From the NCBI RefSeq assembly GCF_020745735.1, contig NW_026867602.1, positions 682,001 to 746,000 of the forward strand: 64,000 bases of DNA, given 5' to 3'. Source of the stretch: Hemiscyllium ocellatum (taxonomy: Eukaryota). Each line of letters opens with the position of its first letter. Position 1 is the first letter of the stretch. The notes beneath the pieces are model-generated. The model had not been told where the DNA came from and did not search any database. It saw only the letters and a list, made by a program, of their open reading frames with translations. The position numbers and the translations under genes are program-made. Positions 37,001-48,400 of this stretch are shown one piece after another.

Positions 37001-40000
37001 TCTGTGTGTGTGCGTGAGAGCCCGTATCCCAGTGAGAATCTGTGTGTGCGCGCGTGTGTGCGCGCGTGTGTCTGTGTGTGTGTGTGAGAGCCCATANNNN
37101 NNNNNNNNNNNNNNNNNNNNNNNNNNNNNNNNNNNNNNNNNNNNNNNNNNNNNNNNNNNNNNNNNNNNNNNNNNNNNNNNNNNNNNNNNNNNNNNNNNNN
37201 NNNNNNNNNNNNNNNNNNNNNNNNNNNNNNNNNNNNNNNNNNNNNNNNNNNNNNNNNNNNNNNNNNNNNNNNNNNNNNNNNNNNNNNNNNNNNNNNNNNN
37301 NNNNNNNNNNNNNNNNNNNNNNNNNNNNNNNNNNNNNNNNNNNNNNNGTGTGCCCGCGCGCATGTGCATGTGTGCCCGCACGTGTGTGTACCCACGCGTG
37401 TGTGTGTGTTTGTGTGTGCCCGCGCGTGTGTATGTGTGTGTGTGTGTTACACTGTAGTCTCTGCCCTGTCAATCGACAATGGGAGGGCTGTGGTGTTTAC
37501 CTGTGTGTGTGTGTGCGCCCGTGCGTGTGTATGTGTGTGTGTGTGTTACACTGTAGTCTCTGCCCTGTCAATCAGCAGTGGGAGGGCTGTGGTGTTTACC
37601 TGAGTCTGTGATGCCTGAACTAGCCTCTGAACGTACGTCTCCTCCAGTCTGGCCTGGCCTAGGGTGTGTGACCCTGGCACGGTGCCCTGGGGAGAAAGGT
37701 ACCAACAGAAGAGTGTGAGAATATACCAACCTGCCTGGAACCCCCCCCCCAGCTCCCCCCAGAGCCCCTCGCAGTGAGTGAGTGAGTGAGACTCCCGTGC
37801 AGTTACACTCCAGGTGTTGGGAGTAAGCCCAGCAAGCAGTTCGGAGATACCCATTCCAGCGCTGGGGAAAGGGACACGGTTTCTCGGGTTGGTTCAGACT
37901 GGCAGCGCCCCCCACCCCTACCTCGCCATCGGATGGCAGCTCCAATCGCGGTGCAGACGATGCCAACAATCCCAGACACTATCCCAATGACGTATCCTCC
38001 AGATGGCCAGACGTTTGTCTTCGGTGCTGAGGGGAGATGGGGGGAGAGTGAGGGAGAGGGAGGGTCAGGTTACCTCAGCTCATCTGCCACCCATATCCCC
38101 CATTACCCCCGATCACATTCGCAGTCTCCCAATCAAGTCATTAGCTGTGTTTTCTGCACTTACCCCACACCCATAACCCCTCACTCCCCCTTCCTGATTA
38201 AACCCCTCGGCCTGGAATATAACCCCTCGATTCCCCTTCCTGATTAAACCCCTCGGCCTGGAATATAACCCCTCGATTCCCCCTTCCTGATTAAACCCCT
38301 CGGCCTGGAATGTAACCCCTCGATTCCCCCTTCCTGATTAAACCCCTCAGCCTGGAATATAACCCCTCGATTCCCCCTTCCTGATTAAACCCCTCGGCCT
38401 GGAATGTAACCCCTCGATTCCCCCTTCCTGATTAAACCCCTCGGCCTGGAATATAACCCCCTCGTTTCCCCCTTCCTGATTAAACCCCTCGGCCTGGAAT
38501 ATAACCCCTCGATTCCCCCTTCCTGATTAAACCCCTCGGCCTGGAATATAACCCCTCGATTCCCCCTTCCTGATTAAACCCCTCGGCCTGGAATATAACC
38601 CCTCGATTCCCCCTTCCTGATTAAACCCCTCGGCCTGGAATATAACCCCTCGATTCCCCCTTCCTGATTAAACCCCTCAGCCTGGAATATAACCCCTCGA
38701 TTCCCCCTTCCTGATTAAACCCCTCGGCCTGGAATATAATCCCTCGATTCCCCCTTCCCGATTAAACCCCTCGGCCTGGAATATAACCCCTCGATTCCCC
38801 CTTCCTGATTAAACCCCTCGGCCTGGAATATAGCCCCTCGATTCCCCTTCCTGATTAAACCCCTCGGCCTGGAATATAACCCCTCGATTCCCCCTTCCTG
38901 ATTAAACCCCTCGGCCTGGAATATAACCCCTCGATAGCCCTTCCAAATTAAACCCCTCTGCCTGGAATAATATCCCTCGATTCCCCCCCTTCCTGATTAA
39001 ACCTCTCAGCCTGGAATATAACCCCTCGATTCCCCCTTCCTGATTAAACCCCTCGGCCTGGAATATAACCCCCTCGATTCCCCTCCCTGATTAAACCCCT
39101 CGGCCTGGAATATAACCCCTCGATTCCCCCTTTCTGATTAAACCCCTCGGCCTGGAATATAAACCCTCGATTCCCCCTTCCTGATTAAACCCCTCGGCCT
39201 GGAATATAACCCCTCGATTCCCCCTTCCTGATTAAACCCCTCGGCCTGGAATATAACCCCTCGATTCTCCTTTCCTGATTAAACCCCTCAGCCTGGAATA
39301 TAACACCTCGGCCTGGAATATAACCCCTCGATACGCCTTCCTGATTAAACCCCTCGGCCTGGAATATAACCCCTCGATTCCCCCTTCCTGATTAAACCCC
39401 TCAGCCTGGAATATAACCCCCCGATTCCCCTTCCTGATTAAACCCCTCGGCCTGGAATATAACCCCTCGATTCCCCTTCCTGATTAAACCCCTCGGCCTG
39501 GAATATAACCCCTCGATTCCCCCTTCCTGATTAAACCCCTCGGCCTGGAATATAACCCCTCGATTCCCCCTTCCTGATTAAACCCCTCGGCCTGGAATAT
39601 ATCCCCTCGATTCCCCTTCCTGATTAAACCCCTCGGCCTGGAATATAACCCCTCGATTCCCCCTTCCTGATTAAACCCCTCAGCCTCGAGCAACCTGGAC
39701 AATGCTCTGAGGTAAGGTATCCCACATATTCCCTAACTTCAGAGAGTGAGGAAATTCCTCCCCCTCTCTGTGGGTGAGACCTTACTCTGAGACGGAACCC
39801 CACTGGATCTGAGAGTCTCCCACACGAGGGGGGGGGGGGGAGAGCAACCTCTCGCCATCTCCCCCCATCAAGATTTACAAGGATGTTGGTGATATTGAGC
39901 TACAGGGAGAGGCTGAACAGGCCGGGGCTGTTTTCCCTGGAGCGTTGGAGGCTGAGGGGTGACCTTATAGAGGTTTATAAAATCATGAGGGGCATAGATA

Positions 40001-42259
40001 GGGTAAATAGACAAGGTCTTTTCCCCCTGGGGTGGGGGAGCCCAGAACTAGAGAGGTGTAGGTTTAAGGTGAGAGGGGGGAAAGGGACCTGAGGGGCAAC
40101 TTTTCCCCCCAGAGGGTGGTGCGTGTGTGGAACGAGCTGCCAGAGGAAGTGGTGGGGGCTGGTACAATGACAACATTTAAAAGGATTGGGGGGGACATGG
40201 AGAGGAAGGGTTTAGAGGGAGATGGGCCAAGGGCTGGGGAATGGGACCAGATTAATGTAGGATATCTGGGTCAGCATGGACGGGATGGGCCGAAGGGTCT
40301 GTGTCCGAACTCTAAAGCCCTATGAGTCACAAGCAAGCAGACCACAGCAAGTGAAGACAGGCAGGTAGCAGTCAGTACAATGTTCAGTTATCGGCACATC
40401 ACTGGGACAGGAGAGGAATTCATCAAACCCTGACAGTGTGCAAACAGGCCATTCGGCCCAGCACACCCACACTGACCCTCGGAGGAGTCACGCACCCAGA
40501 CACATTCCCCAACACGGTTACTGTACATTTACCCCTGACTAATCCACCCTAACCCGCACATCCCTGGGCACTACGGGGACAATTTAGCACGGCCAATCCC
40601 ACCCTAACCTGCACATCCCTGGGCACTACGGGGACAATTTAGCACGGCCAATCCACCCTAACCTGCACATCCCTGGGCACTACGGGGACAATTTAGCACA
40701 GCCAATCCACCCTAACCTGCACATCCCTGGGCACTACAGGACAATTTAGCACGGCCAATCCCACCCTAACCTGCACATCCCTGGACACTACGGGGACAAT
40801 TTAGCATGGCCAATCCACCCTAACCCACACATCCCTGGGCACTACGGGGACAATTTAGCACGGCCAATCCCACCCTAACCTGTACATCCCTGGGCACTAC
40901 GGGGACAATTTAGCACGGCCAATCCCACCCTAACCCACACATCCCTGGGCACTACAGGGACAATTTAGCACGGCCAATCCCACCCTAACAGAATGGTCAT
41001 GCCTGTATTCTAGTCCTGGCCTTCAGGCTAAAACCCACCTTCAGATTTATTTACAGGTTACACGATTACACTAAGCACTCAGTCACGAAAAGCACCCGAT
41101 GGGGCCACGGGGCCTGGCCCCTATGGGTCCGGGTCAGTACAGAACAGTGATCGTTCGTCCCTTGAATGTTTTCCTTACCCCAGACTGCTGTGAGTTTGTT
41201 TGGGCTGCTGGTGTGCCCCACCTGGCAGGTGTAGATGTCTCCATTCCTGGGGTGGACGTCGATGTGCCCGGTGAGCTGGAAGGTGCCGTCCACGTTGGGT
41301 AAGACGATGCTGGTCAGCACGGGCCCCTGGAGGGCAGCATCGTTCAGCAGCCATCTGACATCGATGTCCCGAGGATAGAAACCGATCACGTGGCAGTTCA
41401 GCCTGACGGGCTCACTACTGCGCGCTGTGCGGTGCGTGCTGATACTGACGGACGGCTGTGCTGTGGGACAACGGGCAATGGCAGAGTGATCGCAGTGCTG
41501 ATCCGAGTGAGTGTGTGTGGGTGAGAGTAGGTGTATGAGAGTGTGTGTGCGTGTGTGTGTGTGATGGGTAAATGTGAGTGTGGGGGGTGAGTGTGTGTGT
41601 GTGTGAGAGCGACTGTGTGTGAGACTGAGTGTGTGAGTGTGTGTTTGTGAGTGTGTGCACAAGTGTGAGTGTAAGAGTGTGTGCGAGTGTGTGTGAGCAT
41701 GTGTGGGAGTGTGAGTGTGTGNNNNNNNNNNNNNNNNNNNNNNNNNNNNNNNNNNNNNNNNNNNNNNNNNNNNNNNNNNNNNNNNNNNNNNNNNNNNNNN
41801 NNNNNNNNNNNNNNNNNNNNNNNNNNNNNNNNNNNNNNNNNNNNNNNNNNNNNNNNNNNNNNNNNNNNNNNNNNNNNNNNNNNNNNNNNNNNNNNNNNNN
41901 NNNNNNNNNNNNNNNNNNNNNNNNNNNNNNNNNNNNNNNNNNNNNNNNNNNNNNNNNNNNNNNNNNNNNNNNNNNNNNNNNNNNNNNNNNNNNNNNNNNN
42001 NNNNNNNNNNNNCTGGTCACCTTGACGATGGTGTTGGTGAGGAAGATGGCGTATTCCTTGTGGCGCCGATATCTCTGCAGCCGGGCGGGGTCTCGGTTAA
42101 ACTGACGGACAAGGGGCAGTGCCGCCTCAGTCAGTGCCTCGAACCGCTCCCTGCTGTAATTAAACTGAAGGACACTCTGCCCATCGTACGCAAACCTCAC
42201 CCTCAACCTCAACTCGGCCGAGAGATCAACCGAGAATAGGAACTGCAGGAGGTGGAAGC
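32114..42259 (-). CDS. WB: MHC W-category-like beta chain (WB-3), partial: leader not found, beta1 donor in gap
   Basis: beta1 42259-42013 (runs into gap) [11 protein letters not shown]...[15 protein letters not shown]; beta2 41460-41179 AQPSV...[17 protein letters not shown]...[10 protein letters not shown]...YTCQVGH; TM 38026-37922 [21 protein letters not shown]; tail 37686-37600 and probable last exon 32217-32114; AATAAA on minus 32014-32019. Tail exon use is less certain. Confidence 0.75.
32415..33430 (-). mobile_element. Penelope-like element 3' part (GIY-YIG endonuclease fragment plus terminal repeat)
   Basis: Minus strand encodes [27 protein letters not shown] and AQHFNSPSH...[21 protein letters not shown]; hammerhead core CTGAAGA...GAAACGTC at ~32508-32536. 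Confidence 0.8.
35510..35805 (+). mobile_element. HE1-type SINE
   Basis: TTAGCACTGCTGCCTCACAGC head; GGGCCGAAGGGCCTGTTTCCACACTGTAGGGAATCTAATC tail. Confidence 0.75.
38190..39690. repeat. 44-bp minisatellite (1.5 kb) in WB-3 intron 3
   Basis: Unit CCCCTCGATTCCCCCTTCCTGATTAAACCCCTCGGCCTGGAATATAA. Confidence 0.95.
39870..40330 (+). mobile_element. CR1-type LINE 3' fragment
   Basis: [29 protein letters not shown] and [14 protein letters not shown]. Confidence 0.8.
40535..40990 (-). repeat. ~55-bp SINE-derived tandem array, inverted relative to 27165-27735
   Basis: Unit ACATCCCTGGGCACTACGGGGACAATTTAGCACGGCCAATCCACCCTAACCTGC. Confidence 0.9.
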
Positions 42260-42292
42260 CTGAGGGAGGGGGAGGGACGGAGGGAGAGGGAG

Positions 42293-42791
42293 NNNNNNNN
42301 NNNNNNNNNNNNNNNNNNNNNNNNNNNNNNNNNNNNNNNNNNNNNNNNNNNNNNNNNNNNNNNNNNNNNNNNNNNNNNNNNNNNNNNNNNNNNNNNNNNN
42401 NNNNNNNNNNNNNNNNNNNNNNNNNNNNNNNNNNNNNNNNNNNNNNNNNNNNNNNNNNNNNNNNNNNNNNNNNNNNNNNNNNNNNNNNNNNNNNNNNNNN
42501 NNNNNNNNNNNNNNNNNNNNNNNNNNNNNNNNNNNNNNNNNNNNNNNNNNNNNNNNNNNNNNNNNNNNNNNNNNNNNNNNNNNNNNNNNNNNNNNNNNNN
42601 NNNNNNNNNNNNNNNNNNNNNNNNNNNNNNNNNNNNNNNNNNNNNNNNNNNNNNNNNNNNNNNNNNNNNNNNNNNNNNNNNNNNNNNNNNNNNNNNNNNN
42701 NNNNNNNNNNNNNNNNNNNNNNNNNNNNNNNNNNNNNNNNNNNNNNNNNNNNNNNNNNNNNNNNNNNNNNNNNNNNNNNNNNNNNNNNNNN
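42293..42791. other. Sequence gap (~500 N) between WB-3 and WA-2
   Basis: N run. Other gaps: 3235-3734, 7007-7134, 24201-24442, 29689-29816, 37097-37347, 41722-42012. Confidence 0.99.
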
Positions 42792-42840
<49 letters not shown>

Positions 42841-42889
42841 GTGTGTGTGTATCACAGCGTTGGAATGCAGGAGCTAACAAACCGTGTAG

Positions 42890-43360
42890 GGGCGGCACGG
42901 TGGCACAGTGGTTAGCACTGCTGCCTCTCAGCACTAGGGACCCCGGTTCAACCTCAGCCTCGGTTCCACCCACATCCAAATATGTGCAGGTTAGATGAAC
43001 TGGGTGTGCTAAATTGCCCATAGTGTTTAGGGAGGTGTAGGTTAGGTGCATTTTAGTGGGCGGCACAGCGGTTAGCGCTGCTGCCTCACAGCGCCTGTAG
43101 ACCCGGGTTCAATTCCGACTCAGGCGACTGACTGTGTGGAGTTTGCACGTTCTCCCCGTGTCTGCGTGGGTTTCCCCCGGGTGCTCCGGTTTCCTCCCAC
43201 AGTCCAAAAATGTGCAGGTCAGGTGAATTGGCCATGCTAAATTGCCCGTAGTGTTAGGTAAGGGGTAAATGTAGGGGTATGGGTGGGTTGCGCTTCGGCG
43301 GGTCGGTGTGGACTTGTTGGGCCGAAGGGCCTGTTTCCACACTGTAAGTCTAATCTAATC
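42890..43360 (+). mobile_element. Two adjacent HE1-type SINEs (one partial, one full)
   Basis: Two tRNA-like heads (~42890, ~43060); tail TGTAAGTCTAATCTAATC. Confidence 0.78.
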
Positions 43361-43793
43361 AAACTATGAGGAAGGTGATTGCGAGGTATTCCAAGCTGGA
43401 ATGCAGAGGATCTGCGGATTACCCCAGGCAGCAGGGATCGAGAGTAAACTTCACTCCAAACCAGGTTATAGCCATAGAGTGATAGAGATGGACAGCACGG
43501 AAACAGACCCTTCGGTCCATGCCGACCTGATATCCCCAACCCAATCTAGTCCCAGCTGCCAGCACCCGGCCCATGTCCCTCCAAACCCTTCCTATTCATA
43601 TACCCATCCAGATGCCTCTTAAATGTTGTCATTGTACCAGCCCCCACCACATCCTCTGGCAGCTCATTCCACACACGTACCACCCTCTGGGGGGAACAGT
43701 CTGACAGGTTTATTAGCTTTAGGAATGTTGCTCCTTCATTGGGGAGCTGCAGAACAGGATCATACAACAACAGAATTTATAGCAAACGTCACG

Positions 43794-44770
43794 GTGTCAT
43801 TTATATAAATGATTTGGATGTGAGCATAAGAGGTACAGTTAGTAAGTTTGCAGATGACACCAAAATTGTCGGTGTAGTGGACAGCGAAGAGGGTTCCCTC
43901 AGTTTACAACAGGATCTGGACCAGATGGGCCAATGGGCTGAGAAGTGGCAGATGGACTTTAATTCGGATAAATGCGAGGGGCTGCATTTTGGGAAAGCAA
44001 ATCCTAGCAGGACTTATACGCTTAATGGTAAGGTCCTGGGGAGTGTTACTGAACAAAGAGACCTTGGAGTACAGGTTCATAGCTCCTTGAAAGTGGAGTC
44101 GCAGGTAGATAGGATAGTGAAGGCAGCGTTTGGTATGCTTCCCTTTATTGGTCAGAGTATTGAGTACAGGGAGTTGGGAGGGTCATGTTGCAGCTGTACA
44201 GGACATTGGTTAGGCCACTGTTGGAATATTGTGTGCAATTCTGGTCTCCTTCCTATCGGAAAGATGTTGTGAAACTTGAAAGGATTCAGAAAAGATTTAC
44301 AAGGATGTTGCCAGGGTTGGAGGGTCTGAGCTACAGGGAGAGGCTGAACAGGCTGGGGCTGTTTTCCCTGGAGCGTCGGAGGCTGAGGGGTGACCTTATA
44401 GAGGTTTATAAAATTATGAGGGGGGCATGGATAGGGTAAATAGGCAAGGTCTTTTCCCCTGGGGTGGGGGAGTCCAGAACTAGAGGGAATAGGTTTAGGG
44501 TGAGAGGGGAAAGATATAAAAGAGACCTAAGGGGTAACTTTTTCCCCCAGAGGGTGGTACGTGTTTGGAATGAGCTGCCAGAGGAAGTGGTGGAGGCTGG
44601 TACAATTGCAACATTTAAGAGGCATTTAGATGGGTATATGAATAGGAAGGGTTTGGAGGGAGATGGGCCGGGTGCTGGCAGCTGGGACTAGATTGGGTTG
44701 GGATATCTGGGTCAGCATGGACGGGTTGGGCCGAAGGGTCTGTTTCCGTGCTGTACATCTCTATGACTGA
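43794..44770 (+). mobile_element. 5'-truncated CR1-type LINE (RT domain, frameshifted)
   Basis: IYINDLD...SKFADDTK...LQQDLD; LYRTLVRPLLEYCVQFWSP; CTATGACT tail. Confidence 0.88.
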
Positions 44771-45496
44771 AATGATATACTTGACAAACCTAGACTCCCC
44801 ACCAGGGGGCAGTGCTGCTCCCCCCTTCACTGATACAGACTCCCCACCAGGGGGCAGTGCTGCTCCCCCCCCCCCCCCGCACTGACACAGACTCCCCACC
44901 AGGGGGCAGTGCTCCCCCCTCACTGACACAGACTCCCCACCAGGGGGCAGTGCTGCTCCCCCCCTCACTGACACAGACTCACCATCAGGGGGCAGTGCTG
45001 CTCCCCCCCTCACTGACACAGACTCCCCACCAGGGGGCAGTGCTGAGGCTGTTCCCTCCTGTCTCACACCGGGGGGTTGGGGTCACAATGCAACACCCCT
45101 GGGTGGGGGTTGGGGGCACATGAGGGCGTTCTTTACCCCCTCCTACCCCCCCCAGGTTGTGTGGGTTAATCTAGACCAATGGGGGTATCAGAATTGGGGG
45201 GAGTGGTCGTCTCCCATTGAGGACGTGGATGGGGGGTCTTCTTTTGGAAGCTGAGGGTCTGTATAGGATTCCTCCCTCCCCACATAGATCGAGGATCAAG
45301 AGGAGGTTGGGGGGGGGTGTGGGAGTGGAATTTGGAGGTATGGTGGGAGGGGCCGAGGTGAAGAACGGGGCCCGATCAGCGTGGGGCCGAATGCCTCCTG
45401 GTGCTCTCCCCCACCCCACCACTCGCACATGCATTCTTGCGTGGCCGGATCATGACGGGAATGAAAGTGAAGTCTCCGACGCTGGGTCCCTCTCAG

Positions 45497-48400
45497 ACAG
45501 GTGGAGGCTGTGGCTGGGTTGCTACATGATGGATGGCGCCGGGGCGCAGGAGACGGCCTGCGAGGTCCAGGCCGAGGGGAGGCCCCTCATCTACTACGAC
45601 AGCGTCCCCCCGGGCGTCCACCTCCTGGTGCCCGGCTTCGAGGCCTACCGCGCGATCCTGACCGAACTGGCGCAGGAACGGGACAGGGCGACCGCCTCGC
45701 TCAGGAGGGCGTTGGCGATGGGGGCGGCCGTGACCAACCATTCCAGCGGCCCGATCGGTGAGTGTTGGCTGTGTGTGTGTGAGAGGGCGGAGCGAGCCCT
45801 GGAAACCGCACCTCGTGACTCCCCCACCCCGTTCCCTTCCCTGTCAGTGGTGGGCTTGGGGTGGGTGTCCCTTTAAGAGTCAGCTGTCGGAGTTTAAGAT
45901 GGAGGCTCTTGTTTGGTGGGAGACTGAGGAGGGATCGTCTCGATGTGTATAAGAGACGTGGTCATGGTGAACACACTCCATCTTGTTCCCAAGGGGGTAA
46001 AGACCTTGTCTATTTACCCTATCCATGTCCCCCCCTCATGATTTTATGCCCCTCTAGTTCTGGACCCCCCCACCCCAGGGGACATGGATAGGGTAAATAG
46101 ACAAGGTCTTTTCCCCCTGGGGTGGGGGAGCCCAGAACTAGAGGGGGGTAGGTTTAAGGTGAGAGGGGGGGAAAGGGACCTGAGGGGTAATGTTTCCCCC
46201 CAGAGGGTGGTGCGTGTGTGGAACGAGCTGCCAGAGGAAGTGGTGGGGGCTGGTACAATGACAACATTTAAAAGGATGGGGGGGACATGGATAGGAAGGG
46301 TTTAGGGGGGAGATGGGCCAAGTGCTGGATTAGGTGAGGATATCTGGGTCAGCACAGAGGGGATGGGCCGAAAGGTCTGTTTCCGTGCTGGACTCCTCTA
46401 AGGGCCACGTTATCGGTGATGAGGGAGGGGGGAGGAGGAGATGATGTTGGAGCTGTACTGGGGGGGGGGGCTTTCGTGAGGTCTCAGTGGGAGAGCGATG
46501 TGCCTCCGTACCGCGGGAAGGCGGGGGCGTGTTGGAGGTGAGGGCCCGAGGAAGGTTCCGGGACGGAGCCAGTAAGAGAGGCTGGAAAAACGCGGATAGC
46601 TTTCCGTGGAGCGGGGGAGGGGGCGAGGGGTGTGTCAGAAAATGGGGGGGGGGGTTGCAGTGGGGGGGAGAGAAGCAAGCATGGACTGGGGTGGGGTAGA
46701 AAGACCTGTCCCCCTTTGAGGTCGAAACGATAGATTGAGGGGGGCATTTGAGGCGAAAGAGAGAGATCGTGTGGTGGGATTCCGGAATATTCTGCCTGCT
46801 GAGAAGGGCACCCTCACAGCTTTTAAGGAGTATTTGGACCAGCCCTTGACGTGTCGTAAAGGCTTCGGGCCTAGTGTGGGAGAGTGGGTTCCTGTGTGGA
46901 CTTTCACTCGTCGCTGGCCAGAAAGGGTCAACGGTTGCCACGGGAACGTCGCAAACGCTGATTTGACCGACCGAATTTATTGGCACGGACCGGTATGAGC
47001 CCCCTTCCCCTCCCTCCTGACCAGGCCTGAGGCCTCTGTGGATCGTTTGGCCCTGGGGAAAGGAGAGTGGAGGTTAGAGGTCGCCGTTCTGGGATTCGAA
47101 CCGTCGCTCAGGGGACCGTCCCCGTCTCCTCTCACTTTCTCTCTCTCTCTCTCTCTCGGCAGAGGTGGGGGAGGTTTTCCTGTACCCGCAGAGCAGGGTG
47201 GAGTGGGACGTGCCGAACGTTCTGGTCTGCCTGGTGACCGGCCTGTTCCCTCCCTCCGTCAGCGTCAGCCTGCATCTGGACGGCGCCCTCCTCGGCTCCC
47301 ACCTCAACTCCTCAAAGGCCTTCTTCGGCGAAGACTGGCGGTTCTGGGCCCTCTGGTACGCCCGCATCCTGCCGCGCCCCGGGCACCTCTACTCGTGTGC
47401 CGTGAGGCACCACCTGAGCCGAGAGGACTTGGTGGTCTACTGGGGTAAGAGCAAGCCCAAATCCTAGGCCGCGGTCCCCTGTTGCCCCTCAAGGAGGCTG
47501 TAGCGAGCTGCCCTCTTCGCCCACGGAGCCATATCGCACAGACCGGGCCCAACCAGTCCGTGCCGAACATAATCCCAAACCAAACTAGTCCCACTTACCT
47601 ACTCCTGGCCTATTCATGGACTTATCCAAAGACCTTATGAATGTCCTATTGTACCCACATCCTCTGGAAGCTCATTCCGCACACGGACCACGTACAAAAG
47701 TTGCCCCTCACCGGTTTTTAAATAATTCTTTCCCCCTCTCACCCTAAACCTGCGGCCTTCTAGTTCTGGATTCCCATACCTCAGGGGGAAAAGCCCCTCA
47801 CCCTAACCTCATGATTTTCTAAACCTCTATTAGGTCACCCCCTCACTCCAGGGAAAACCAGCCCTTGACGCGTCGTAAAGGCTTCGGGCCTAGTGTGGGA
47901 GAGTGGGTTCCTGTGTGGACTTTCTCCAGTCGTCGGCCGGATAGGGTCAACGGTTGCCAAGGGAACGTCGCAAACGCTGATTTAACCGACCGAATTTATT
48001 GGCACGAATCGCTTTGAGCCCCCTTCCCCTCCCTCCAGACCGGGCCTGAGGCCTCTGCGGATCGTTTGGCCCTTGGTCCAGCCTCTCCTCGGAACACAAA
48101 CCCCTCCATTCCCGGCAGCATCCTGGTAAATCTGTTCTGAACCCTCCCCGGCGTCAATAATATCCCTGGGCGACAGGAACTGGACGCAGTAGCCCAAACG
48201 AGGCCTCACCAACGTCCTGTACAACCCCAACATGGCGTCCTGACGGCTTCACTCAAAGCTCTGAGCGATGGAGGCGAGCGTGCTGAACTCCTTACCCGCC
48301 CTGTCTCCCTGTGACACACACCTCAATGTCCCCAAATCCCCTGGGTCTCTCTGTTCCCATTTTTTTTGTCGTCGAAGTCCTGCCCTGGTCTATTTTTCCA

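Noticed and set aside
36785-37545. His/Thr- or Cys/Val-rich ORFs
   Set aside because: (CA)n/(GT)n microsatellite translations spanning N gaps; the same applies near 41500-42860.
43415-43475. Leader exon for WB-3 (MAITWFGV...)
   Set aside because: The ATG derives from a LINE tail and a frameshift would be needed to reach a phase-1 donor.
43697-43793. Leader exon for WA-2 (LTGLLALGMLLLHWGAA...)
   Set aside because: The only donor gives phase 0, incompatible with the phase-1 alpha1 exon. The segment is wedged between LINE fragments and resembles decayed LINE sequence.
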